Positions 46,779-57,143 of a stretch of DNA of 64,000 bases are shown here, piece by piece; positions within the stretch are counted from its first letter, which is position 1, and the number at the start of each line of letters is the position of its first letter. The position numbers and the translations under genes are program-made. The notes below the pieces were generated by a model. That model made no database searches. It saw only the letters and a list, made by a program, of their open reading frames with translations, and was not told the DNA's origin. Source of the stretch: Alphaproteobacteria bacterium. Its GTDB lineage: Bacteria; Pseudomonadota; Alphaproteobacteria; Sphingomonadales; Sphingomonadaceae. The DNA lies in contig JAHJHL010000044.1 of assembly GCA_018823905.1 (NCBI GenBank), positions 40,150-104,149 of the forward strand, given 5' to 3'.

Positions 46779-47957
46779 ATGCGACGATATCTGGCAGCGG
46801 CGCTTTTGTGCGCCGCGGCGACGGGGTGCAGTGCGCCCACGTCCGCACCTCCCCCCACTGACACGCTGCCAAAGGATATGAATGTGCTGTTCTGGAACCA
46901 GGATCAACGCGACGCCGCCTTCCGCACGATGGAGACCGTTCCCAAGGTCATGGTCAACACGGTCGAGGCGGGCGATGCGGTTTATCCGCTGCCGCAGGGG
47001 CAGCCGCTCGAACTTGGGTCGGATGTCGACGCCTATATGGCGAAGCAGCGCAACGCGGGGCTGATCATCGTTCAGGATGGCAAGATCCGGCTGGAGAAAT
47101 ATGCGCTCGGCTATGGTGCCGCGGGCCGCTGGACCAGCTTTTCGGTCGCCAAGAGCTTCACCTCGACGCTCGTCGGGGCGGCGGTGAGGGATGGCTATAT
47201 CAAGAGCCTCGATGACAAGGTTACGGTCTATATCCCGGGCCTCAAGGGCTCGGCCTATGACGACGTGTCGGTGCGGCAGTTGCTGACGATGACGTCGGGG
47301 GTCAAATGGAACGAGGATTATACCGATCCCAAGTCCGACGTTGCGCTGTTCAATATGCAAAAACCGGTCGCGGGCGAGGACATAACGGTCAGCTATATGA
47401 AGACCTTGCCGCGCGAAGCGCCTGCGGGATCGAAGTGGGTGTACAAGACCGGCGAAACCAATTTGATCGGCGTGCTGGTGTCGAGCGCGACGGGCAAGAC
47501 GCTGTCGCAATATCTGTCCGAAAAAGTCTGGAAGCCGTTCGGGATGGAGCAGGACGCGATTTGGATGCTCGGCGCGACGGGGCATGAGATCAGCGGCTGC
47601 TGCATGTCGGCGAGCCTCAAGGATTATGCGCGGTTCGGCCAGTTCATACTGAACGGCGGCGTCGCGGGCGGGCAGAAGGTCGTCCCCGACGACTGGATGG
47701 CCGCGGCAACGACCAAGCAGGCGGGGATCGACATCCCGGGCCGCGGCTATGGTTATCAATGGTGGACCAACGACGACGGCAGCTTTGCCGCGCAGGGCAT
47801 TTTTGGCCAAGGCATCTTCATCGATCCCAAGCGCAAGCTGGTGATTGCGTCAAACGGCAACTGGCCGACCGCGACCGATCCTGAGGGTGTCGGCGCGGCG
47901 CGCGAAGCTTTCTACAAGAGCGTGCAGGCGGCGGTGGATAAGGAAGCGGCGAAGTAG
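46779..47957 (+). CDS. Serine hydrolase (beta-lactamase class C / NylB-like), lipoprotein
   Basis: Lipobox ATGC, SFSVAKS (SxxK), LLTMTSG, WVYKTGET and YGYQWW. Confidence 0.88.
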   Translation: MRRYLAAALLCAAATGCSAPTSAPPPTDTLPKDMNVLFWNQDQRDAAFRTMETVPKVMVNTVEAGDAVYPLPQGQPLELGSDVDAYMAKQRNAGLIIVQDGKIRLEKYALGYGAAGRWTSFSVAKSFTSTLVGAAVRDGYIKSLDDKVTVYIPGLKGSAYDDVSVRQLLTMTSGVKWNEDYTDPKSDVALFNMQKPVAGEDITVSYMKTLPREAPAGSKWVYKTGETNLIGVLVSSATGKTLSQYLSEKVWKPFGMEQDAIWMLGATGHEISGCCMSASLKDYARFGQFILNGGVAGGQKVVPDDWMAAATTKQAGIDIPGRGYGYQWWTNDDGSFAAQGIFGQGIFIDPKRKLVIASNGNWPTATDPEGVGAAREAFYKSVQAAVDKEAAK

Positions 47958-47982
47958 AAGGCCCCGTTGACCAAAACATCGT

Positions 47983-48063
47983 CGTCATTGCGAGGAGCGA
48001 AGCGACGCGGCAATCCAGCCTGCGTAAGCCGCTCTGGATTGCTTCGCTTCGCTCGCAATGACG
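47983..48063. repeat. REP-like palindromic element (cgtcattgcgag...ctcgcaatgacg family) between convergent genes
   Basis: 12-bp perfect terminal inverted repeat plus inner arms gcaatccag / ctggattgc. May act as a bidirectional terminator. Confidence 0.85.
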
Positions 48064-48106
48064 ATTGTGAAATTACGCGCCGCCGCCTCTAAATCGTAAC
48101 GGGTTC

Positions 48107-48493
48107 CTACTCGGCGATGATGCTCGTCGCGCGCTGGGCCAACCACACGGCCACAAGCGGCACTGCGACGCCCAGCGCCATGATCCACCATGTGTCGGCG
48201 AGTGTAACAGCGCGATAAAGTGCGGCGCCGATCACCGACCCGGCCACGATCCAGCCGGCGCCGGTGCCTGTCGAGATGCGCATCGCAAGCCAGCCTCCGG
48301 CGAAGGTGCCGACAAACCAACCGACGATCAGCGCGATCGTCGATCCGATCGGGATCAATATCTCGCCGGTCTCGAGGTCATATTCGGACGGCGATATCTC
48401 GCTACCGGCGTATTGCGCCAGCCAGATCAGCCCGAAGGCAACAACGATGCCGATCACCGTCGCGATCGCCGATCGCAGAATATCTTTGGTCAT
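48107..48493 (-). CDS. Hypothetical 4-TM membrane protein
   Basis: 128 aa with four hydrophobic segments; fills the gap between a repeat element and an SDR gene. Confidence 0.7.
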   Translation of the reverse strand: MTKDILRSAIATVIGIVVAFGLIWLAQYAGSEISPSEYDLETGEILIPIGSTIALIVGWFVGTFAGGWLAMRISTGTGAGWIVAGSVIGAALYRAVTLADTWWIMALGVAVPLVAVWLAQRATSIIAE

Positions 48494-48554
48494 AGCTGCG
48501 CCCTTGCAAACCCGTGTTATCGGGCTGCCTTAGTGCCGGAAAACAAAGATGGCG

Positions 48555-49289
48555 TTAAGCCTTTTCCATCACTTTGGGCAGGGCGTGGAAGGCGGTGCTA
48601 TCGAAACCATCAACCATCAGCTTGGCGACAAACTCCCCGACCGCTGCGGGTTCCTTGATGCTCCTGGCATCTTCGCCGGGATAGGCGCGGGCACGCATCT
48701 GGGTCCGGGTGCCGCCGGGATCGAGGATCGCGGTGCGGACGGTCGAGATGTTGCGCATTTCGGCACCATAGCTGGTCACGAGCGTTTCAAACGCGGCTTT
48801 CGATGCGGCATAGGCGCCCCAATAGGCGCGCGGGGTCCGGGCGACGCCGCTCGACAAGGCGAGCAGGCGGCCGTTCGCGGCGCGGCGCAGCAGCGGGTCG
48901 AAATTGGCGATCAGTGCCTGCTGCGCAATGAGGTTCAGCGTCAGCAGCTTGTTGAATTCCTTGCCATCGATTGCCGCGACGGGGGTCAGCGTGCCGAGCA
49001 TCGCGGCGTTGAGCACGAGCATGTCGAGCTGCTGCCAGCGCTCGGCCATCGCGCTGGCCAGCCGCGCGATGCTGTCGCCGTCGGTCAGATCGAGCGGCGC
49101 GATCGTCGCGGCGCCGCCGGCTTCGTGGATGCGGTCCTCGAGCGCTTCGAGTCCGCCCGCGGTGCGCGCCGTGATCACGACATGCGCGCCGCGTGCTGCC
49201 AAGGCTTCGGCAATCGCTTCGCCAATGCCACGGCTCGCCCCGGTGACGAGCGCAACCTGGCCCGTCAATTCTTCAGTCTTGATGGCCAT
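48555..49289 (-). CDS. Short-chain dehydrogenase/reductase (YciK-like)
   Basis: TGASRGIG, LNAA, SS and YWGAYAASK (YxxxK), DPGGTRTQMR. Confidence 0.88.
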   Translation of the reverse strand: MAIKTEELTGQVALVTGASRGIGEAIAEALAARGAHVVITARTAGGLEALEDRIHEAGGAATIAPLDLTDGDSIARLASAMAERWQQLDMLVLNAAMLGTLTPVAAIDGKEFNKLLTLNLIAQQALIANFDPLLRRAANGRLLALSSGVARTPRAYWGAYAASKAAFETLVTSYGAEMRNISTVRTAILDPGGTRTQMRARAYPGEDARSIKEPAAVGEFVAKLMVDGFDSTAFHALPKVMEKA

Positions 49290-49293
49290 GGTG

Positions 49294-50751
49294 TCAGACA
49301 ACCCGTTCGGCAAGCAGCGAAAATTGATCTTCCAGCCCATGCTCGTCGAAATCGGTCAGCGTGGTCGGATAGTCGCCGGTAAAACACGCATCGCAATATT
49401 GCGGCGCATCGTCGGTGCGCTTGGCTTCCCCGAGCGCGCGATAAAGGCCATCGATGGTAACGAAAGACAGGCTGTCGGCGTTGATGAAGTTCGCCATCTG
49501 GCCGACCGTCATCTGCGCCGCGAGCAGCTTGGCGCGTTCGGGGGTGTCGACGCCGTAAAAGCAGCTGTGCTGCGTCGGCGGGCTGGCGATCCGCATATGG
49601 ACTTCGGCGGCGCCGGCATCGCGCATCATCTGAACAATTTTCAGGCTGGTCGTGCCGCGCACGATCGAATCGTCGATCAGCACGATGCGCTTGCCCGCGA
49701 TCAGCGCGCGGTTGGCGTTATGCTTCAGCTTGACGCCCAGATGGCGGACCTTGTCGCCCGGCTGGATGAAAGTGCGGCCGACATAATGCGAGCGAATGAT
49801 CCCGAGTTCGAACGGGATGCCCGATTCCTGCGCATAACCGATCGCCGCGGGGGTGCCCGAATCGGGCACCGGGATGATCAGGTCAGCATCGACGGGGTTT
49901 TCGCGCGCTAGCTCGGCGCCGATCGCCTTGCGCACCGAATAGACGCTGGTTCCGTCGACGATCGAATCGGGGCGCGAGAAATAGACATATTCGAAGATGC
50001 ACGGCCGCGCCGACTGCGTCGCGAAAGGCCGGTGCGAGGTCAGCTGGCCATCGCGGATGATCACCAGTTCGCCGGGTTCGACCGAGCGGACGAATTCGGC
50101 GCCGACGACGTCGAGCGCCACGGTTTCCGATGCCAGAATATGCGCGTCGCCCAGCTTGCCGATCACGAGCGGGCGGATGCCGAGCGGATCGCGGCAGCCG
50201 ATCATCCCCTCGGCGGTCAGGCAGATCAGCGAATAGGCGCCCTCGACCTGCTTCAGCGCATCGATGAAGCGGTCGATCAGCGAGCGATAGCTCGACGTGG
50301 CGACGAGATGGATGATCACTTCAGTATCGCTGGTCGATTGAAAGATCGAACCACGGCGGACGAGCACCTTTTTGAGCGCCGTCGCGTTGGAGATATTGCC
50401 GTTATGCGCCACCGCAAATCCGCCGGTGGACAGATCGGCGAACAAAGGCTGGACGTTGCGCAGCGCGGTCTCACCGGTCGTCGAATAACGGACATGGCCG
50501 ACCGACGATCCGCCCTGCAACTGGCGCATGATCTCGTCGCGGTCGAAATTGCCCGCGACATGGCCCATCGCGCGGTGGGTGTGGAATTCCTTGCCGTCAA
50601 AGGCGGTGATGCCTGCGGCTTCCTGCCCGCGGTGCTGCAGGGCGTGCAGGCCCAGCGCGACAACCGCGGCGGCGCTGTCGGCGCCATGAATACCAAAGAC
50701 ACCGCACTCCTCGCGGAGTTTGTCGTCGTCGAAAGGGTGTGTGGTGAGCAT
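49294..50751 (-). CDS. purF: Amidophosphoribosyltransferase
   Basis: LREECGVFG (Ntn Cys), LQHRGQEAAG, GHVRYSTTG, HNGN and PRPP loop LIDDSIVRGTT. Confidence 0.96.
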   Translation of the reverse strand: MLTTHPFDDDKLREECGVFGIHGADSAAAVVALGLHALQHRGQEAAGITAFDGKEFHTHRAMGHVAGNFDRDEIMRQLQGGSSVGHVRYSTTGETALRNVQPLFADLSTGGFAVAHNGNISNATALKKVLVRRGSIFQSTSDTEVIIHLVATSSYRSLIDRFIDALKQVEGAYSLICLTAEGMIGCRDPLGIRPLVIGKLGDAHILASETVALDVVGAEFVRSVEPGELVIIRDGQLTSHRPFATQSARPCIFEYVYFSRPDSIVDGTSVYSVRKAIGAELARENPVDADLIIPVPDSGTPAAIGYAQESGIPFELGIIRSHYVGRTFIQPGDKVRHLGVKLKHNANRALIAGKRIVLIDDSIVRGTTSLKIVQMMRDAGAAEVHMRIASPPTQHSCFYGVDTPERAKLLAAQMTVGQMANFINADSLSFVTIDGLYRALGEAKRTDDAPQYCDACFTGDYPTTLTDFDEHGLEDQFSLLAERVV

Positions 50752-50893
50752 GATGGTCCAGCAGCGAGGGCAGTGACTGGCGCGCATATAGGGAGGGTGA
50801 TCGCAAATGTCGCCCCCCATATTCACGATATTGTCATGGCGGGCGCCATCGACAGGGTGACAGAGGCTTGGCTCCTGCTCTAAAGCGCGGATT

Positions 50894-51274
50894 ATGGACC
50901 AACAGCGCGACACCGCCGACCGATTTCTCCCGCGTTTCGACGCGGCGGGACTGGTGACCGCTATCGTCACCGACGCCGAAACCGGCGTGCTGTTGATGGT
51001 CGCGCATATGAATGCCGAGGCGATCGAGCGGACGCAGGCGACGGGGCAGGCGCATTTCTGGTCGCGCTCGCGCTCGGCACTGTGGCGCAAGGGCGAGACG
51101 TCGGGCAACGGGCTGGCGATGGTCGAGATGCGCATTGATTGCGATCAGGACGCATTGTTGCTGCGCGTGACGCCCGCAGGTCCGGCTTGTCATACCGGGC
51201 GCCAGTCCTGCTTCTACCGCCGCGTCGAAGCGGACGGGGCGCTGACGTTTCTGGACGATGATGCGCAAAGTTAA
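50894..51274 (+). CDS. hisI: Phosphoribosyl-AMP cyclohydrolase
   Basis: [31 protein letters not shown] and [11 protein letters not shown]. Confidence 0.95.
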   Translation: MDQQRDTADRFLPRFDAAGLVTAIVTDAETGVLLMVAHMNAEAIERTQATGQAHFWSRSRSALWRKGETSGNGLAMVEMRIDCDQDALLLRVTPAGPACHTGRQSCFYRRVEADGALTFLDDDAQS

Positions 51275-51800
51275 GCTGGCGTTGGCTTTGGGCGTGCTGC
51301 TCATCGGCGGGTGCGAACGGCATGCGCCGGATCGGAGAGGTCAGGGGATCGACGCCGACAACCCGCTGGAAATCGCGGCGCGCGAGCGCGGGGTCGTGAG
51401 TCCCGACGCTGAGACGCCGGTCGGTGTGTTCGAACGCTCGCACGACCTGGGCCGCGACGCGATGTGTGTCGTTCCCGACGGCGCGGGGCAGTGGCGCTTT
51501 GCGGTGACCGCATCGTTCGGGACGACTTTGTCCTGTCCCGCCAGCGGAACGATGGTCCGCGAGGGCGACGGCTGGCGCATGCGCTTTGCGGGAGCGGAGG
51601 GCTGCGACGCGCTGGTGCGCGAAGAGGAGGACGAGTTGCGCCTCCCCGGAAGTCTGCCGCCGCAATGCAATAAACTCTGTCCGGCGCGCGCGTCGCTATC
51701 GGGCTTGCGGCTGCCGCGCGCCAGCTGGTCGGCCGACGACGCGCGGGGCTTGCAGATCCGCGATGGACAGGGCAATATGCAGCAACCTTGCGGGGTTTGA
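51258..51800 (+). CDS. Hypothetical lipoprotein
   Basis: Lipobox LIGGC and several Cys; overlaps the hisI 3' end. Confidence 0.65.
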   Translation: MMRKVKLALALGVLLIGGCERHAPDRRGQGIDADNPLEIAARERGVVSPDAETPVGVFERSHDLGRDAMCVVPDGAGQWRFAVTASFGTTLSCPASGTMVREGDGWRMRFAGAEGCDALVREEEDELRLPGSLPPQCNKLCPARASLSGLRLPRASWSADDARGLQIRDGQGNMQQPCGV

Positions 51801-51830
51801 CCGGCGCCGACACGGCCCGATTTGCCAGTC

Positions 51831-51859
51831 TTGACGTTCACGTCAACGGAAACTAGTTT
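51831..51859 (+). promoter_or_regulatory. LiuR-type operator TTGACGT-TC-ACGTCAA overlapping a sigma70 promoter (TTGACG-N17-TAGTTT)
   Basis: Perfect 7-2-7 palindrome at 51831-51846. The -10 element ends 7 nt before ATG 51867. Confidence 0.75.
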
Positions 51860-51866
51860 CATCGGC

Positions 51867-52298
51867 ATGACCGAACCATATGGCCACGCCCATATCGACA
51901 CGCCCGATCACTTGGGCCGCGAACAATTCAGCATCACCGACTTGTCGACCGAGTTCGGCGTCACCGCGCGTGCGCTACGCTTCTATGAAGATGAGGGACT
52001 GATCAGCCCGTCGCGCAAGGGATTGTCACGCATCTATTCGAAACGTGATCGGGCGCGGCTGGCATGGATCCTGCGCGCCAAGCGCACGGGTTTCAGCTTG
52101 GCGGACATTCGTGAGATGATCGATCTGTACGATGTCGGTGATGGCCGCAAGCTGCAGCGGCAGGTGACGATCGAGAAATGCGAACAGCGCATCGGCTTGT
52201 TGCAGCGCCAACGCGACGATATCGACAGCGCTGTCGAAGAATTGTCGCGATTCATCGATATGGTGAAGAAAGTCGACGCCGGTCAAAAGGTCGGTTGA
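51867..52298 (+). CDS. liuR: MerR-family regulator, LiuR-like
   Basis: FSITDLSTEFGVTARALRFYED.GLISP.R.G..RIYS.RDRARL..ILRAKRTGFSL pattern, an upstream palindrome and a downstream acyl-CoA dehydrogenase. Confidence 0.8.
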   Translation: MTEPYGHAHIDTPDHLGREQFSITDLSTEFGVTARALRFYEDEGLISPSRKGLSRIYSKRDRARLAWILRAKRTGFSLADIREMIDLYDVGDGRKLQRQVTIEKCEQRIGLLQRQRDDIDSAVEELSRFIDMVKKVDAGQKVG

Positions 52299-52350
52299 GC
52301 CTCTCCCCAGGCAAGTGACATTGCGAAGCTGATTTTCAGAAGGATTTCCC

Positions 52351-54153
52351 ATGCCCGTCTATCGCGCCCCCGTGCAAGACAGCCTTTTCCTCCTCAACGA
52401 CGTGCTCGGGGTCGAGCGCTACGCAAACCTGCCCGGTTTCGCCAATGCGACCCCAGACATGATCGAGGCGGTGCTGACCGAAGCCGGCAAATTCTGTGAG
52501 GAAGTTCTGTTCCCGATCAACCAGTCGGGCGATCTTGAGGGCTGCACGCGCCACGATGACGGATCGGTGACGACGCCGAAGGGCTTCAAGGAAGCGTACA
52601 AGGCCTATTGCGACGCTGGCTGGACATTGCTGACTCAACCCGAAGAATTTGGCGGGCAAGGCTTGCCGCATGTCGTCGGTTTCCCGGTCGAGGAATATCG
52701 CATGGCGGCGAACCAGGCCTTTGCCATGTATCCGGGGCTGACCCAAGCTGCGGTAGCGGCGATCCTGGTCAAGGGGTCGGACGAGCAGAAAGCCCTCTAT
52801 GCACCCAAAATGATCTCGGGCGAGTGGGGCGGGACGATGAACCTGACCGAACCGCATTGCGGCACCGACCTCGGCCTGATCCGCACCCGCGCGGTCCCGA
52901 ACGGCGATGGCAGCTATGACGTCACCGGCATGAAGATTTTCATTTCGTCGGGCGAGCATGACTTGACCGAGAACATCATCCACCTCGTCCTCGCCAAGAC
53001 CCCTGACGCCCCCGACAGTGTCAAGGGCATCTCGCTGTTCATCGTACCGAAGTTCCTCGTCAACGACGACGGTTCGCTGGGTGAGCATAACGCGCTGCAA
53101 TGCGGCTCGATCGAGCATAAGATGGGCATTCACGCCAATTCGACCTGCGTCATGAATTATGATGGCGCGAAGGGCTGGATGGTCGGCGAGGAGAACAAGG
53201 GCCTCGCCGCGATGTTCGTGATGATGAACGCCGCGCGGCTCGGCGTGGGCATTCAGGGGCTGGGACAGGCCGATATCGCGTTCCAGAATGCCGTCCGCTA
53301 TGCGCAGGATCGCCGTCAGGGCCGCGCGCTCACCGGCCCCGCCGATCCGCAGGAAAAAGCCGACCCGCTGTTCGTCCATCCCGACGTGCGCCGCATGCTG
53401 ATGGACGCCAAGGCCACCGTCGAAGGGCTGCGCGCGCTGTGTTTGTGGGGCGCGCTGCAGGTCGATCTGGCGCATGTCGCCGAGACCGAGGAGGCGCGCC
53501 AGCAGGCCGACGACCTTGTCAGCTTGCTCACCCCGGTGATCAAGGGCTATGGCACCGACAAGGGCTATGACGTCGCGACCAACGCGCAGCAGGTTTTCGG
53601 TGGCCACGGCTACATCGAAGAATGGGGCATGAGCCAATATGTCCGCGATGCCCGCATCACGATGATCTATGAAGGCGCCAACGGCGTTCAGGCGATGGAT
53701 CTGGTCGGGCGCAAGCTGGCGCAGAATGGTGGGCGTGCGATCCAGGCCTTCTTCGCGATCATCGACGCCGAATGCGCCCGCGCGAAAGACAATGAAGCGC
53801 TTGCCGACTTTGCCGGTCGGCTCGAAAAGGCCAATGGTGAACTCAAGGCCGCGACGATGTGGTTCATGCAAAACGGCATGGCTAACCCCAACAATATCGG
53901 CGCCGGCGCACACCACTATATGCACATCATGGGGATCGTCGCGCTGGGGTCGATGTGGCTGATGATGGCCGAAGCGGCGCAGAAGGCGCTCGCCGAAGGG
54001 CGCGGCAACAAGGATTTCCTTGAGGCGAAGCTGGTCACCGCCCGCCACTTTGGCGAACGCTTCCTGCCCGACGCCGGGTCGCTGCGCCGCAAGATCGAAG
54101 CGGGCAGCGAAGCGATGATGGCGCTGACCCCGGAACAATTTTACGCTGCCTGA
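52351..54153 (+). CDS. Acyl-CoA dehydrogenase (long ~600 aa, DmdC/FadE5-like)
   Basis: GTMNLTEPHCGTDLG, KIFISSGEHD, IEHKMGIH, QVFGGHGY and IYEGANGVQA. Confidence 0.92.
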   Translation: MPVYRAPVQDSLFLLNDVLGVERYANLPGFANATPDMIEAVLTEAGKFCEEVLFPINQSGDLEGCTRHDDGSVTTPKGFKEAYKAYCDAGWTLLTQPEEFGGQGLPHVVGFPVEEYRMAANQAFAMYPGLTQAAVAAILVKGSDEQKALYAPKMISGEWGGTMNLTEPHCGTDLGLIRTRAVPNGDGSYDVTGMKIFISSGEHDLTENIIHLVLAKTPDAPDSVKGISLFIVPKFLVNDDGSLGEHNALQCGSIEHKMGIHANSTCVMNYDGAKGWMVGEENKGLAAMFVMMNAARLGVGIQGLGQADIAFQNAVRYAQDRRQGRALTGPADPQEKADPLFVHPDVRRMLMDAKATVEGLRALCLWGALQVDLAHVAETEEARQQADDLVSLLTPVIKGYGTDKGYDVATNAQQVFGGHGYIEEWGMSQYVRDARITMIYEGANGVQAMDLVGRKLAQNGGRAIQAFFAIIDAECARAKDNEALADFAGRLEKANGELKAATMWFMQNGMANPNNIGAGAHHYMHIMGIVALGSMWLMMAEAAQKALAEGRGNKDFLEAKLVTARHFGERFLPDAGSLRRKIEAGSEAMMALTPEQFYAA

Positions 54154-54162
54154 TCGCGCCCG

Positions 54163-55710
54163 ATGGAACGATCGCCGACGCCATGCGTGGCGTCGGCGAT
54201 GAACGACCCCGAACGCCCGCAGACCTTGGTCCCGATCGTCGTCGAAGGGCGCAATTGTTGGCGCATCGAACGCGCCAATAAGGCGCGGATGATCGTCGAT
54301 GCCGCCGACTATTACGCGCTGCTCGAACGATTGATGGCGGGCGCCAAGGAACGCATCCTGCTGATCGGCTGGGACTTCGATCCGCGCATTCCGCTGATCC
54401 CTGACGAACAAGGGAAAGGCGAATCGCTCGGTCATTATCTGCTCCGGCTGGCCAAGGATCAGCCAAAGCGCGACATCGACATTTTGCGATGGAACTTCGG
54501 CGGCCTGAAACACTTCTTTGTCCCGTCGATCGTCACGATGATCCTGCGCTGGAAGATGACCAGATCGATCAGCTTCCGACTCGATAGCGCGCACCCGGTC
54601 GGGTGCAGCCACCACCAGAAGGTCGCGGTGTTCGACGATCATCTGGCGGTGTGCGGCGGCATCGACGTCAGCTCGACGCGGTGGGACACGCGCGATCATG
54701 TCGACAACGACCCGCGGCGCACCGGCCCCAATGGCAAACGCTATATGCCCTGGCACGATTCGACGATGATCCTGTCGGGACCGATAGGAGAGGCGCTGGC
54801 GGAACTGGGCAATGAGCGCTGGCAGCGTGCAACGAACAAGGCTCTGCGCGATTTGAGCGGCGCGGGCGAAAACTGGCCCGACGATTTGGAAGCCGATTTC
54901 AAGGATGTCGATGTCGCCATTTCGCGGACCAGCGCCGAATATGACGGCCGCGCCGAAGTGCGCGAGAATGAGCAACTTTATCTCGACATGATCGCAGCGG
55001 CGCAGCGCTTCATCTATTTCGAGAATCAATATTTCACCAGCGGCGCGATTGCCGCGGCGATTGCGGCGCGGCTCGACGAAGACGACCCGCCCGAATTTGT
55101 GATGGTGATGCCCAAGACCGCGGACGGGTGGCTCGAACAAATGGCGATGGACGCGGCGCGCGTCCAACTGGTCCGCTCGATCGCGAAGTCGCGGCATGGT
55201 GACAGGCTGAAGGTCTATGTCCCGCATACCAAGGGCGGCGACCCCATCTATGTCCACGCCAAGACCGCGATCGTCGACGACCGCTTGCTGCGGATCGGAT
55301 CGTCGAACCTGAACAACCGGTCGATGGGGCTCGACAGCGAATGCGACGTCACCATTGATGCGGCGCTGGCAGCAAACAAGGGCGTCGAGCCGGTCATCGC
55401 GCGCCTGCGCGAGTCCCTGATGGCCGAGCATCTGGGCGTGACCGAGAAAGACATCGCAGCGACGTTCGAGCGTACCGAATCCTTGATCGAGACGATCGAA
55501 TCGATGCGCGGTGACGGGCGGTCGCTCGAACTGCTCGATCTGGTCGCTCCCGGATCGCTTGACGAATTCATTGCCAACAACGAAGTGCTCGACCCCACCA
55601 GCCCTGACGCGATGTTCGAAAGTTTTACCGAACGCGGGCTCAAAAAGAGTTGGCACCGCGGACGCGGCTGGATGAAGCGGCACCGGCCTTTCCGGCGGAA
55701 ATCGGCTTAA
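54163..55710 (+). CDS. Phospholipase D superfamily protein
   Basis: Two HKD motifs: HHQKVAVFD and YVHAKTAIVD...IGSSNLNNRS. Start could be ATG 54199. Confidence 0.88.
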   Translation: MERSPTPCVASAMNDPERPQTLVPIVVEGRNCWRIERANKARMIVDAADYYALLERLMAGAKERILLIGWDFDPRIPLIPDEQGKGESLGHYLLRLAKDQPKRDIDILRWNFGGLKHFFVPSIVTMILRWKMTRSISFRLDSAHPVGCSHHQKVAVFDDHLAVCGGIDVSSTRWDTRDHVDNDPRRTGPNGKRYMPWHDSTMILSGPIGEALAELGNERWQRATNKALRDLSGAGENWPDDLEADFKDVDVAISRTSAEYDGRAEVRENEQLYLDMIAAAQRFIYFENQYFTSGAIAAAIAARLDEDDPPEFVMVMPKTADGWLEQMAMDAARVQLVRSIAKSRHGDRLKVYVPHTKGGDPIYVHAKTAIVDDRLLRIGSSNLNNRSMGLDSECDVTIDAALAANKGVEPVIARLRESLMAEHLGVTEKDIAATFERTESLIETIESMRGDGRSLELLDLVAPGSLDEFIANNEVLDPTSPDAMFESFTERGLKKSWHRGRGWMKRHRPFRRKSA

Positions 55711-55712
55711 AT

Positions 55713-55730
55713 TTCGCTCGACACGAACGG
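55713..55730. repeat. Half copy of the 56610-56678 palindromic repeat
   Basis: ttcgctcgacacgaacgg is the exact reverse complement of ccgttcgtgtcgagcgaa at 56610. Confidence 0.75.
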
Positions 55731-55744
55731 AAATGGCGCGCGCG

Positions 55745-56596
55745 TCAGTCCGCCAACGACAAAATATGCCTCGCCTGTTTAAGGTGCGGGGCATCGACCA
55801 TCTTGCCATCGACCTGAAGCACCCCGACCCCCGGATTGGCGGCAAAGGCATCAACGATTGCCTGCGCGCGCGAAACGTCGTCGGCGCTGGGGGTGAAGGC
55901 GGCGTTGATCGCCTCCACCTGTGCCGGATGGATCGCCATCATGCCGGTAAAGCCATCGCGCCGCGCGCGGGCGGCGTACGCCGCGAGTCCCGCCTCGTCC
56001 TTGATCGCCGGGAACACCGTATCGATCGCGGCGACGCTCGCGGCGTGGGCAGCGAAGAGCGTCAGCGCGCGGGCGACGTCATAGGGCGCGGTGTAGCTGC
56101 CATCGGCCTCGCGGCTTGTCGTCGCACCGATCGCGGCGGGCAGGTCTTCGGCGCCCCAGGTGAGCCCGAGCAGGCGGTCTTTCGCCTCGCGATAGCTGCC
56201 GAGGGTGAAGATCGCCGCCGCGGTCTCGGTCGCGATCGGCAGGATGGGGGGCAGCGACGCGTCGACCGCGCCTTCGCTGCGCAAAATTAAATCGAGCTGC
56301 GCGATGCTCGGCGCGCCTTCGGCCTTGGGCAACATGATCGCATCGGGTCGGGCGGCAATAATCGCGGCGACATCAGCGGCGGTCATATGCCCGTCGAGCG
56401 GATTGACGCGCACCAGCGTGAAGACTTCGCGTGCGCCCGCCAGATAATCGGCGATCGCATGCCGCGCGGCGTCCTTGTTCGCGAGCGACACCGAATCCTC
56501 GAGATCGAGGATGATCGCATCGGCGCCCGATGCCGCCGCCTTGGCAAAGCGTTCGGGGCGGTCGCCGGGGACGAAGAGGAGGGAACGTAATCGCAT
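55745..56596 (-). CDS. CitE-like CoA-ester lyase (HpcH/HpaI family)
   Basis: RSLLFVPGDRPERFAKA, DLEDSV, VRVN, MLPK, IATET, WGAEDL, GFTGMMAIHP and GKMVDAPH. Confidence 0.9.
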   Translation of the reverse strand: MRLRSLLFVPGDRPERFAKAAASGADAIILDLEDSVSLANKDAARHAIADYLAGAREVFTLVRVNPLDGHMTAADVAAIIAARPDAIMLPKAEGAPSIAQLDLILRSEGAVDASLPPILPIATETAAAIFTLGSYREAKDRLLGLTWGAEDLPAAIGATTSREADGSYTAPYDVARALTLFAAHAASVAAIDTVFPAIKDEAGLAAYAARARRDGFTGMMAIHPAQVEAINAAFTPSADDVSRAQAIVDAFAANPGVGVLQVDGKMVDAPHLKQARHILSLAD

Positions 56597-56609
56597 GTGC
56601 TTACCTATG

Positions 56610-56678
56610 CCGTTCGTGTCGAGCGAAGTCGAGACACGTGCGGGGCAAAGGGTTCTCGACTTCGCTCGAACCGAACGG
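56610..56678. repeat. REP-like palindromic element (ccgttcg...cgaacgg)
   Basis: Arms ccgttcgtgtcgagcgaagtcgaga / tctcgacttcgctcgaaccgaacgg between MaoC and the CoA-ester lyase. Confidence 0.85.
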
Positions 56679-56682
56679 GGAT

Positions 56683-57132
56683 CTATGGTTTCCGGTGGAC
56701 AAGCGTCGAACGCTCGCACTGGCAGACAAGTTCATCACGCTGGTTGATGCAGCGGTGGAGGAAGGTGACGATCCCGGCGTTCGGGCGCGATTTCGATTCT
56801 TTCAGCCCGATGACCTCGCTCTCCGCGCGCAGCGTGTCGCCGATGAACACCGGTTTGGGCATCACCAGCTTGTCATAGCCAAGGTTGGCGACCAGCGTGC
56901 CGAGCGTCGTGTCACCGACCGACAGCCCGACCATCAGGCTGAACGTAAAGGTGCCGTTGACAAGGATCTGGCCGAATTCCGACGCCTTCGCCGCCTCGAC
57001 GTCGAGATGCAGCGGCTGCGGATTGTGCGTCATCACCGTGAACAGCAGATTGTCAGTCTCGGTCACCGTGCGGCGAATGTCGTGGGTCAGCGTATCGCCG
57101 ATGGTCCATTCGTCGAAGAAGCGACCCGCCAT
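56683..57132 (-). CDS. MaoC-family (R)-specific enoyl-CoA hydratase
   Basis: [34 protein letters not shown] and PVFIGDTL. Confidence 0.92.
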   Translation of the reverse strand: MAGRFFDEWTIGDTLTHDIRRTVTETDNLLFTVMTHNPQPLHLDVEAAKASEFGQILVNGTFTFSLMVGLSVGDTTLGTLVANLGYDKLVMPKPVFIGDTLRAESEVIGLKESKSRPNAGIVTFLHRCINQRDELVCQCERSTLVHRKP

Positions 57133-57143
57133 TATTTGAAACT

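Noticed and set aside
50773-50782. GTGACTGGCG, matching the 5' motif of ZMP/ZTP (pfl) riboswitches, in the purF/hisI divergent gap
   Set aside because: It is on the strand opposite purF, and I see neither the P2 hairpin nor the downstream CGCCTGGGC pseudoknot partner.
52336-55854. 1172-aa minus-strand ORF, and similar long antisense ORFs (15039..16565, 17584..19149, 22427..23908, 27693..28982, 41921..43390)
   Set aside because: They lie antisense to well-supported genes and show no motifs; these are shadow ORFs expected from high-GC codon bias.
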